Positions 12,266 through 23,439 of a DNA stretch of 64,000 nt are shown here, one piece after another. Where the stretch lies: contig NC_086118.1 in assembly GCF_963921235.1 (NCBI RefSeq), positions 16,866,001 through 16,930,000 of the forward strand. The letters are read 5' to 3'. Under the pieces are notes generated by a model that did no database searches, was not told the DNA's origin, and saw only the letters and a program-made list of their open reading frames with translations. Source of the stretch: Mobula hypostoma. Its lineage: Eukaryota. A program made the position numbers and the translations under genes. Each line of letters begins with the position of its first letter. Positions within the stretch are counted from its first letter, which is position 1.

Positions 12266-12804
12266 ATTCTCCAGCTGTTATGCTGCTGAAAGTACATTAA
12301 CACTGCTGAACTTTACTTGGGATTTTTTTACACTATCCTGATGATATTTTGTGGAATTATTCTTTATTTCTTTTATCCTCTTTCAGATTTCTTTCTTCTA
12401 CATTGAGGAAAACTGTTATCCAAGCTGAATTATCCAATGAACTAAATTAACTAGTTATTTTCTTGTTGTAGAATGTTTCTGATAGCCTACTATGCAACTC
12501 ACTGAAAATCTATGCAAATAGACATCCTTAATCTAAATGATGATTTTTTTATGGTGCTGTTATTTTATTTTTATTAAAATGGTTTCCCCAGTGACCTGCT
12601 GCCCTTAAGATTGGGGACTTCATTATTTGGTGGTTGGAACTCATTCAGTTCTTTGAGATATGTTACACATAAATCTTTAGCAATTACACATAATGCATTA
12701 AACATGCAATCAGGTGAAAGTAATATAATTTGTCTCTTAAATGCAGAGCCAGTGCTTTATGCCAGAATGTGTAACACCAGTTGCAGGATCCTAAAATAGT
12801 ACAA

Positions 12805-13090
12805 TTACCATAGTTTCCCCTGGGTCCCCTCTTCCTTCCTTTTCTTCTATGGCCCACTCTCCTCTCCTATCAGATTCTTTCTTCTCCAGCTCTTGACCTT
12901 TCCCACCCTCCTGGCTTCACCTATCACCTTCCAGCTAGCATTTTCCCCCTCCCGCCACCTTTTTATTCTGGCATCTTCACCCTTCCTTCCCAGTCCTGAG
13001 GAAGGATCCTGGCCCGAAATGTCAACTGTTTATTCTTTTCCATAGATGCTGCCTGACCTTCTGAGTTCTTCCAGCACTTGTGCATGACAC
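12805..13090 (+). mobile_element. Penelope-like 3' UTR fragment
   Basis: Pyrimidine-rich UTR homologous to 1600-1885, ending ...ATAGATGCTGCCTGACCTTCTGAGTTCTTCCAGCA. Confidence 0.75.
12991..13028 (+). ncRNA. Minimal hammerhead ribozyme motif (partly decayed)
   Basis: CAGTC-CTGAGGA-AGGATCCTGGCCC-GAAA-TG-TC-AACTG. Core boxes intact, CpG-type mismatches in the stems. Confidence 0.65.
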
Positions 13091-13231
13091 TAAACTTTAA
13101 TTTGAATTACATCAGATATGCAGATTCAATTTGTTAATCTTTGTTTACTAATTATCCTTTAAACTCACTACAGAACTTTGAGCAATCAACAAGGCAACTA
13201 GGGATAATCCCCTATTTCAAGGTGTGCTATG

Positions 13232-13405
13232 GAGACACAAGAGATTTTGCAAATGCTGGAAACCTTAAGCGACATACACAAAATGCTGGAAGTGCACAGT
13301 GAAAGTTTCAGACTGCAGGCCTTCATCCAGTCCAGCTGTTGACTGTTTACTTCCCTCCACAGAGGCTGCCTGACCTGCTGAGATCCCCTAGCATTCTGTG
13401 TTACA
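13232..13405. mobile_element. Old fold-back Penelope mini-element
   Basis: Minus-strand PLE terminus followed by a plus-strand copy. TSD CAAGGTGTG(C/T)TATG at 13218-13231 and 13406-13419. Confidence 0.65.
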
Positions 13406-15088
13406 CAAGGTGTGTTATGACTACAAATCCAGCAGGTGGCACTGACTCTGTAAAGTACAGCAGTGTAAAGTAGCTGCTGTGATTTTACATTGTTCAAAAT
13501 ATAAACCACTCTGTAATTTAATGCCCTTGTTGTCATAAGGGCTCCAGAGTGCTGCAATAAAACTATTTTTCAAATGATTTTGTTGAACAATGCCACCCAA
13601 CTGATGCTGGCAGTGTTAACCTTAGTGCCCAACCTGAAATTCCTCAAGTTCAATTTGAGTACCACATGTATATATATACAGATAAGAGATAGACGAGAGC
13701 CTGGGCATCCAACTTTTACTAATGTTGGTTAAGGGATTGACATTGATCAGGTCTGACTAATGCACACCACACATCACTGGGAGATGTTGGAGTGTGCAGA
13801 GCACGACAGAGGTTTCAAAAGGAACAAGTAGAGACGGTCAGGACATTCTAGTCATCACACATCACGAGGAGTTGTTGGAGTGTGCCCAATTAGGTACTTA
13901 GCAAGGTCCACTAAAAAGAAGTTCGCTTTGAGCAGAGCAGCCATTGTTGGAGTGGGCCAGTATTAGAGTGGGGAGTTCGGGCTTCGCCTCATAGAGGCTT
14001 CAGTGAGGAAAGACGGAGGCTGCACGTAGATTTTTTAATTACATTTTTCTTACTTCCTTTCTTTCATTTTGCACAGTTAGAGCTGTAGGGATACCAGGCA
14101 GGATAGTGGAATGCTCCTCTTGGGGAATGTGGGAATGCAGAGACAGCTCTAGTGTCCCTGACGACTCCATCTGCATGAAGTGCATCCAGCTTTAGCTTCT
14201 TACAGATCATGTTAGGGATTTGGAGCTGGAGATCGATGAACTCCTGATCATTTAGGGGGCTGAGGGGTTGATCAACAGGACATTCAGGGAGATAGTTACA
14301 CTTAAAATGCAGGATACAGGTAATTGAGTAACCTTCAGAAAGAACAAAGGGGATAGGCAGCCTATGCAGAGTACCCCTGTGGCTGTTCCCCTCAATAACA
14401 GGTGTGCTGCTTTGAATAGAGTTGAGGGTATGCCCTAGCAGGGGAAAGCCAGAGCGATCAGGTCATTGGCACTAAGTCTGTTTCTATGGCTCAGAAGGGA
14501 AGGGGGGAGAAGTGTTGAGCTGTAGTGATAAGGAATTTGATGGTTAGAACAGACAGGAGGTTCTATGGACAAGAGTGAGAGTCCCAGATGGTATTTTGCT
14601 TCCAGGTGCCAGGGTCAGGGTCATCTTAGTCCACAAGTCCACAGCATTCTTAAGTGAAAGGATAATCAGCCAGAGGTCAGGGTCCACGTTGGTATCAATG
14701 ACATGGGTAGGAGGGATGACGAGGTCCTGCAAAGTGAGTTCAGGGAGTTAGGTGCTAAGTTAAAGGAGAGGATCTCCAGGTGTTGTGATATTAGGATTGC
14801 TACCCATGCCATGTACCAATAAGGCCAGGAATGGGAAGATGATGCAGTTTAACATGTGGCTAAGAAGATAGTGTGGTAGACAGGGCTTCAGATTTTTGGA
14901 TCATTAGGCTCTCTTCCAGGGAAGGTGGGACCTGTACAAACAGGACAGTTTGCACATGAACTGAAGGCGTGCTAATATTCTTGTCGGAAGATCCTGCATG
15001 TTGGGGGGAGTGGGGTAAAATTAATGTTGCAGCGGGATGGAAACCAGAGCACCAGAGCAGATAGTGGAGGGGTTGTGTTTAGCCTTTA

Positions 15089-15397
15089 TATATATATATA
15101 GGCATCTGTTAGTCTCATGAGACCATGGATTTGCACCTTGGAAGGTTTCCAGGGCGCAGGCCTGGGCAAGTTTGTATGGATGATCGGCAGTTGCCCATGT
15201 TGCAAGTCTCCCCTCTCCACGCCACCGATGTCGTCCAAGGGAAGGGCACTAGGGCCAATACAGCTTCGTCGGTGTCATTGCAGAGCAATGTGTGGTTAAG
15301 TGCCTTGCTAAAGGACACAACATGCTGCCCCAGCTGAGGCTCGAACTAGCGACCTTCAGATCACTAGACCGATGCCTTAACCTCTTGGCAACGTGTC
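15089..15397 (-). mobile_element. tRNA-derived SINE with (TA)n tail, inserted in CR1
   Basis: Reverse complement starts CACGTTGCCAAGAGGTTAAGGCA (A-box-like), then AGTTCGAGCC (B-box-like), a core GTCCTTTAGCAAGGCACTTAACC, and ends in (TA)n. Confidence 0.78.
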
Positions 15398-16850
15398 AAC
15401 ACAAAGTTAAGAATCGAAAGATTGAACATGGTGAGACTCATGTTCTGAGTTGTGTGTATTTCAATGCAAGGAGCATTGTTGGAAAGGTGGATGAGCTTAG
15501 GGCATGGAATTAGGACATTGTAGCCTTTAGTGAGACTTGGCTACTGGGGGTGGGGCAGGACTGGCAGTTCACTATTTTGGGTTTCTGTTGGTTAGACATG
15601 ATAGAGAGGCAGGGATTAAAGGGGGAATGGTGGCAGTACTAGTCAGGTAAAATGTCACGGCAGTGCTCAAGGAGGATGGATTGGAGAGCTTGTCTCTTGA
15701 GCCTATATGGGTGGAACTGAGGAACAAGAAAGGGATGACCACATTAATGGGATTATGTTAGAGATCACCCAGTAGTCAGTGGGATTTAAAAGAGCACACT
15801 TGCAGAGAGATTGCAGACTGTTGAATGAAACATAAGGTTGTGATAGTAGGTGATTTTAACTTTCCACAAATTGATTAAGACTCCTATTCTGTAAAAGAAC
15901 TGGATGGGATAGAATTTTTGTCAAATGTGTTCAGGAAAGTTTCCTTAATAGAGGTCCCAACTAGAGGGGGTAAACTACTAGATATTCCATTAGGGAATGA
16001 AATAGGTCAGAAGATAGGAGCTTTTGTAGGGAACACTTTACATTTAATGATCATCATGCCATTAGTTTAAAAATAATTATTAAGAAGGATAGGTCTGGAT
16101 TTTGGCTTAAGAATCTAAACTGGGGAAAGGCCAATTTTGATGGTATCAAAAAGAACGTGGCAAGTGTGGATTGGAACAGGTTGTTTTCTGGCAAAGGTAA
16201 ATTTGGAAAGTGGGAGGTCTTCAAAAGTGAAATTTTGAGAGTACAGGGTTTGTATGTTCCTGTCAGAAAAAAAGGGCAAGGCCAACTGGTTTTTGGGAAC
16301 CTTGGTCTTCAAGAGATATTGAGGCTCTTGTTAAGAAGAATAAGAAGGAAGTGCGTAACAGGTATAGGCAGGAATGAACAAATGAGATACTTGAGGCGTA
16401 TAGGAAATGCAAGAGAACACTTAAGAAGAAAATCAAGAGGGGTAAAGGAAGGCACGAGTCAGCTCTAACAGACAAGGTGAAGAAGAAACCCAAGGGCTTC
16501 TGCAGGTATATTAAGAGCAACAGGATTGCAGGGAACAAAATTAGTCCTCTTGAAGATCAGAGTGGTCACGTATGCATGGAGCTGACAGAGATAGGGGAGG
16601 TCTTCAATGGATTTTTTTCCATCTGTATTAACTCGGGAGATGCATACAGCGTCTCAGCAGGTGAGGCAAGACAGCAGTGAGGTCATGGACCCTACACAGA
16701 TTATAGAGTAACAGGTGTTTGTTGTTGAAGCAAATTAGGGTAGATAAATCCCCAGGGCCTGACGAAGTGTTTTGTTGGAGCTTGTGGGAAGTTGGCGAAG
16801 AAATTGTGGGGGCACTAGAAGAGATATTTAAAACATCCCTAGCAATGGGT

Positions 16851-18347
16851 TAGATGAGCCCTCACAAGGCATCAGAACCTGATGATGTGCCTGTTAGGCA
16901 CTGAAAACCTGAGCTACCCAACTGATGTGAGTGTTCATGGACATCTTCAGTCACTTTTTGCTGCAATCAGAGGTTTCTACCTGCTTTAAAAGGGTGACAA
17001 TCAAACAAGTGCCCAAGAAGAAGAGGGTGAGCTGCCTGAATGACTACTGTCCAGTGGCATTCACATTTACTGTGATCAAGTGCTTTGAGAGGTTGGTTAT
17101 GGCTAGACTCAACTCCTGCCTAAGCAAGGATCTGCACCCACTGCAATTTGCCTATCACCATATTAGGTCTACAGCAGACACAATCTCACCGGCTCTCCAC
17201 TTGGCCTTGGATCATTTGGATAAGAGTAACACTTATGTCAGGCTGCTGTTTATTGACTATAGCTCAGCATTTAACACAATTATACCCTCAGTTTTAATCG
17301 AAAAGCTTCAAAACCTTGGCCTCTGTGCCTCCCTTTGCAATTGGATCTTTAACTTCATCACCAGTAAACTAAAGTCTGTGTGGATCAGAAATAACATCTC
17401 CTCCTCACTGACAATCAACATTGGCACACCTCAAGGATGTATACTTAGGCCACTGCACTACTCTCTATATACAGCCACAACTATGTGGCTAAGCACAGCT
17501 CAAACACCATCTATAAGTTTATTGATAACACAACTACTGTCAGAATTTCGATAGTAACAAGGAGGCAGACAAGCGAGATAGATCAACTGGCTGAGTGCTT
17601 TCACAGCAACAACCTTGCACTCAACGTCAGTAAGACCAAGGAATTGACTGTGGACTTCAGGAATGGGAAGTCAAGGAACACACACCAGTCCTCATCAAGA
17701 AATCAGCAGTGGACAGTGTGAACAGTTTCAAGTTCCCGGGCGTCAACATCTCTGAGGATCTGTCCTGGACCCAACGTAATGATGCAATACTAAGAAGAAA
17801 GGCATGACAGTGGCTACATTTCTTTTGGAGTTTGAGGAGAATTGGTATAACACCAAATGCACAGGCAATTTTCTATAGATGGTGAGCATCCTAACTGTTT
17901 ATATTACTGTCTGGTATGGAGGGACGACTGCACAGGATCGGAAAAAGCTGCAGAAAATTGTAAACACAGCCAGCTCCATCATGGGCACCAGCCTCCCTGT
18001 CATCCACGACACCTTCAAAAGGTGATACCTCAAGAAGGTAGCATTCATCATTAAGGACCCTCATCACCCAGGACATGCCCTCTTGTCATTACTGTCATCA
18101 AGGAGGTGATACAGGAGCTGAACACACACGTGCAACTTTTCAGGAACAGCTTTGTCTCCTCCGCCATCAATTTTCTGAATGAACAGTGAACCCATAAACA
18201 CTTCCTCAGTAATTTTTCCCTCCCCTTTTTGCACTACTTATTGTTTTTTAATATACTTATTGTAACATACTTTTTATTACTATGTATGGCAATGTGCCGC
18301 TGCTACAAAACAACAGATTTCAAGGTGATATTAAACCTGATTCTGAT
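16851..18347 (+). mobile_element. Rex1/Babar LINE, 5'-truncated (RT), inserted in CR1 ORF2
   Basis: ORF 16931..17554 LNDYCPVA...LQFAY...VRLLFIDYSSAFNTI...GTPQGC. 3' tail TAAACCTGATTCTGATT. CR1 resumes at 18348. Confidence 0.9.
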
Positions 18348-18438
18348 TAAAGGATAACTAATGTTGTTCTGTTATTTAAGAAAGGTTCTAAAAATAGTAT
18401 TGGAAATTATAGGCCAGTGTGCCTGATATCACTTATTG

Positions 18439-18674
18439 CAGTGGTCCCCAACCACCTGGCCGCAAAGCATGTGCTACCGGGCCGTGAGGAAACGATATGA
18501 TTTGGCGATATGAAACAATATGAGTCAGCTGCACCTTTCTTCATTCCCTGTCACGCACTGTTGAACTTGAACACCACACCCCCACCCCCCCCCACCCCGG
18601 TTGGCTGGGCTGGTCCACAAGAATATTGTCAATATTAAACCGGTCCGCGGTGCAAAAAAGGTTGGGAATCCCTG
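18439..18674. mobile_element. hAT-Charlie (MER1-like) MITE
   Basis: Ends CAGTGGTCCCCAACC and AAAAAGGTTGGGAATCCCTG, with internal CCGGTCCGCGG. The 8-bp TSD is not clean. Confidence 0.75.
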
Positions 18675-21600
18675 ACTTGAGAAGGTATTCTAAAGGACTG
18701 GATATACAAGTATTTGGATAGACAGGGACTGAGTAGGAATAATCAACATGGTTTTGAGCATGGTAGGTCATGCCTAACCAATCTCACTGATTTTTAAGGT
18801 AGCTTCCAGGAAAGTTGAAGAAGGCAAAGCAGTGGATGTTGTCTATATGGACTTTAACAAGGCCTTTGACACGGTCCTGCATGGGAGGCTGGTCGAGGAG
18901 GCTCAGTCACTTGGCATTCAGGATGAGGTAGTAAACAATCTGGATGATAATGTGGTAAACTAGATCAGCAAATTTGCAGATGACACCAAGATTGAGGGCA
19001 TAGTAGACAGCAAGAAAGACTATCAAAGCTTTCTGCGTGATCTGGACTAGCTGGAAAAATATGCTGAGAAATGGCAGATGGAATTTAATGCAGACGAGCA
19101 TGAGGTGTTACACTTTGGAGTACAAACCAGGGTAGGACTTACACAATGAACAGTAGTGCACTAAGGAGCATGGTAGATCTGGGAATGCAGATCCATAATT
19201 CCTTGCAAGTGGAGTCACAAGTGATAAAGAGAGATTTTGGCACATTGCCCTTCATAAATCAAAGTACAGAGTACTGGAGTTGGGATATTACGTTGACATT
19301 GGTGAGGCCTAATTTGGACTATTGTGTGCAGTTCTGGAGGAAAGAAGTCAATAAGATTGAAAGAGTGTATAGATCTAAAGTTAGAACGGTATTGCCATGA
19401 CTTGAGGACATGAGTTATAGGGAAAGGTTGAATAAGCCAGGAGTTTCTTCTCTAAAACATAGGAGAATGAAGGGAGAATTGATAGAGGTATACAAAACTA
19501 TGAGGGGTATAGTCAAGGTAAATGGAAGCAGACTTTTTCCACTTAGGTTGGGTGAGACTAGAACTAGAGATCAGGGGTTAAGGGTGAAAGGTGAACTGTT
19601 AAGGGGAACATGAGGGGAAACAACTTTACTCAGAGGGTGGTGAGAGCGTGGAATGAGCTGCCAGCACATGGTGGATTGGGATTCGATTTCAGAAACGTGG
19701 ATAGGTACATAGATTTGGGGGGGCGGGGGGAAGGAGGGCTATGTTACAAGAGTGGGTCAATGGGCAGATTAATAGTTCAGCATGGACTAGATGGGCTGAA
19801 GAGCCTATTTTTGTGCTATAGTGTCTATGAGTCTATATCATCAGGCAGAGATCATCACTGCCTGAGCAGGAAATCAGATTTGCTCCAGTGTGTTTGCATT
19901 CTGCAGGTTCACAACGAGAAGAGTTGATTTTGTGGACATAGCATTTACTTTTCAGACTGCACTGAAACTGCCACTGGTCTTTTCCCCATCAACTTGGTAG
20001 GTTTTGCTGACAATTCTAAGTTTTATATTTAGCTGAATTTTATTGGCAATAGAATAGATTATTTAAGTTCAACATCATGAACAAAGGAGAAAGCAATTCC
20101 AATGCCAAGCTAGGTAAATATTTATTCAGAGTCATTAATCCCAACTCAAATTTAGGTAAACAAATATTGATAGGTCTCTTCTGGCCAGGCATTTACATCT
20201 TGTTTGATTATACAAAGTGGAGGCAAGCTTTAGCAGGTGCTTGCAACAACTGGTTGAATACATAAAACATGGCCCACAATCAGTTTCTTAAACAAACCAG
20301 TTCCACTGACATTAACAAGGAATGGGCTGGTTCCAGGCAGCTGGTTGACTTTCATAACTCCACTGCACACAGTCCACTTGTTCCCTATTAATGCACAGAA
20401 TTAATTGATCCAAGATTAAACCCAGTGCCTCATTAATCCTCCCTTCCATTAATCACAGTTAATGTCCCACTGTATGTCGTATTGTTATTAGGTGAACTAT
20501 ACAGTGCTCCACTCACAGAAGTACATTACTTTTTTCCACTTATAAATCATAGGACAGTCATAACAGGGTTGATGCTATGGTTAACGAGGCAACATTGTGA
20601 TAGTACACAAGGTCAGGCACGGGAGGAACAGCTGGATAATGATCAATGCTGTCAGATTCTCTGCCTCAGACTTGCTGTCAGGATTTTCGGTTGCCGAAAT
20701 GTCTCATTCAAATGCCCCATTTTAACTTGCTTAGATCAGTGTTCGGTTTACCCAATGACCACAACTGAATTTTACACACATTCAGTGGTGGCAGGTGATA
20801 GTGCACTCTGGTTTATTGGAAACTTGTGTCTTTAAAAGGAATTGAAGCTGGAATTTTTTTTAGTTTTGTGCTTTACACCAAGATGAACTGTCATTCAGCT
20901 TTTAATCTTTGTATATAAGACCTGAACTTTGGCTGGATGCAAATGGTCCCACTACATTATTTCAGGAATAAGAAAATCAGCATGCTACCCTGGAAAATAC
21001 AAACCCTCAATCAACAACGCTGAAAAGGGATTATTTGCTTATTGTGGTAGCAGCAAATAATTTCCACATCAATAAACTACAGAACACAGCACAATCACAG
21101 AAAAAGTCACCTTTCAAGAGGTATAATCATTTTTTACAAGCTGTATCTGAATTACTAGCACTACATCATGAACTTGGGGGGGGGGGGTAGCAGGAGGAGA
21201 TAACATGGTATTCCTGTTTCTGCATCTCGTTTATTTGCGATCAAACTGCACACAAAAATTCAAGAGGCCAGTTCCTCTAATACTGAATCAAACACAATTT
21301 TGTCATTATGTTACATAGATTATGCCCCTGCATCTTCAGAGAAAACCACATTTTGTTAATATTATAATCTGACATGGTATTTCATTTAACCGCTGAATTT
21401 CCCTTCTCTTTCCGTTTCCTTCTGTGTAGCTTGTTGGTGGTAGGTCAACACATGACGGCAGGGTACAGAGAACAAGCCAACAGAGCAAGAGTTGTCAGCA
21501 AAGGATGAAATGCACCGCAGGTCACAGATTCTAAGTACAACTCAACTCAAGTCTAATGCTCACTGGCAAAACCACTAAACAGTAACTCGTGTGGCTGCAG

Positions 21601-22084
21601 CACAAGATGAAAACACAAAAATAGCATGCAATTCTGGTTTTATTAATCACATTTTTTTGAATTAAACATCTAATTTTTAAGCATGTATTTTCAGCCTTAT
21701 ATTGACTAAATTATAGAACATTTTTAACAGTAGCATTTTGTTTAATTAAGTTTAAGATTTTTAAAATTTTCTTTCCATTCTTCTTGGGCATTCAGTTTCA
21801 GTCAACTCTTAGGTGCAGGACAAGGCAAATAACATATCTTTGTAAAAACATTTATTTCAGTTACCCTTACCCTCTCTGGAGGATGCTTAGCTGTGATTCA
21901 ACACCTCTTCATTATGTTGACGACTGCACCATACCATTGTTATCTTGTCCTATGGTTTGAAATAAAGACGTGAATCTTAAAAGCAAAATCCCTAACTACT
22001 GAATTAAAGTAAAAAAAATAACACAACCTCATATAAATATTAGACAAATACACTTTTTATGAAACTGTCGCTAATAAAACTGGG

Positions 22085-23353
22085 ATTCAACACGTCCCTT
22101 TGAAACTGAGTCCTTGACTTCTTGACTAACAGACCGTAATTATTAATGACAGGCAGCAACACCTCCACCATGACTACTTCCAACACTAGTTCTTCATAAG
22201 TCTGCCTCCTCAGCCCCCTACTCTACTCTCAGAACACACATGACTGCCTGGCAAGTTTGCAGATGACTCCACCGCCGTGAGTTCTATCTGAACTAATGAT
22301 GAGTCTAAGTACAGGAAGGACTTGGAGAGCATAATGACATGGTCTCATGACAACCGCAGGAGGAAGGAGCTGGAGGTCTATGAGCCAGTCCTCATTAGCC
22401 TATCGGAGGTGGAGAGGGGCAGTAACTTCAAATTTCTTGGCTTTACAGTATCAGAGGATCTGTCCTGGATCCGGCATGCAAGTGCCATAACAAAGAAGAT
22501 GCAACAATGCCTCTACTTTCTTAGAAGTTTGAGTAAATTTAGCACATTATCTAAAACTTTGACAAACTTCTATATACTGTATGCACAGTAGAGCAAATCC
22601 TGACTGCTTGTGCAATTCCAAAGAACTGAAAAGTGTACAAAAGGTGGTGGATACACCCCAGTCCATCACAGGCAAAGACCTACCCATCATTGAGCATTTC
22701 TATAAGGAGCACTACAACAAGAAAGCAGCTTCCATCATTAAATACCCCCAGGGCAGCACTGTGAGGATCATGTTCTTTGATTTCTCAAGTACCTTCAATA
22801 CCATACAGTCCTCATTGCTGGGGGGAAAGCTCCAATCAATGTAGACTGGTAGTTCCACTGTATCCTGGATAATGGACTACCTGACTGCAGACCATAGCAC
22901 ATATGGCTTCAGATCTGTGTGTCAGACATGATTGTCAGCAGCACTGGGACTCCACAGGGGACTATATTAGCTCCCTTCCTGTTTACCCCGTATACCTTGG
23001 ATTATAACACTGAGTCATGTCATCTGCAGAAAATTCTCTGATGGCTCAGCAATAGTAGGATGTATAAAGGGAGGAGAGGAGGATGAATACAGGGCCCTGG
23101 TGGAGGACTTTGTCAAATGGTGCAAGCTGAATCATCTGCAGCTCAACATCAGTAAGACAAAGGTGATGGTGATGGACTTTAGGAAGACTGGTGACGACCT
23201 ACAAGTACCTGGGAGTGCATCTGGATGACAGACTTGAGTGGAGCATCAACACAGAGGCTGTGTACAAGAAAGTTCAGTGTTGCCTCTAATTCCTGAGGAG
23301 TGCTTTGGAGAATGCAGGCCTCTCCTTCACATGTTCTACCACTCTGTTGTCAC
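22085..23353 (+). mobile_element. Two adjacent decayed Rex1/Babar LINE RT fragments (junction ~22745)
   Basis: KFADDS, FKFLG..SEDLSW, CLYFLRSL in the first; TVRIMFFDFSSTFNTIQ and TGTPQGT in the second. Confidence 0.8.
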
Positions 23354-23439
23354 CAGGGCTAGACTTTAGGCAGGGCTAGGCTGGGGTGCAGCCCAGGGGC
23401 CCGAGCTGCAGAGGGGCCCAAAATAGGTAGCTATCATCA

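Larger units (their letters stand above)
13900..19830 (+). mobile_element. Near full-length decayed CR1 LINE (ORF1 Zn/esterase, ORF2 APE-RT) interrupted by SINE, Rex1 and hAT insertions
   Basis: ORF1 VECSS.GMWE and esterase remnants at 14100-15000; LSCVYFNARSIVGKVDELRAW (APE start); VGDFNFP; VYMDFNKAFD; KFADDTK; CR1 3' tail near 19830. Confidence 0.88.

Noticed and set aside
15290..15397. tRNA gene
   Set aside because: The tRNA-like head runs into a SINE core and (TA)n tail; there is no complete cloverleaf.
17720..18180. Possible ALKBH8-like host gene (DUF1891-type similarity)
   Set aside because: This is the C-terminal region of Rex1 LINE RT, repeated in many decayed copies across the window.
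21430..21580. Plus-strand exon candidate after a pyrimidine tract
   Set aside because: No good donor site, no recognisable peptide and no partner exons.
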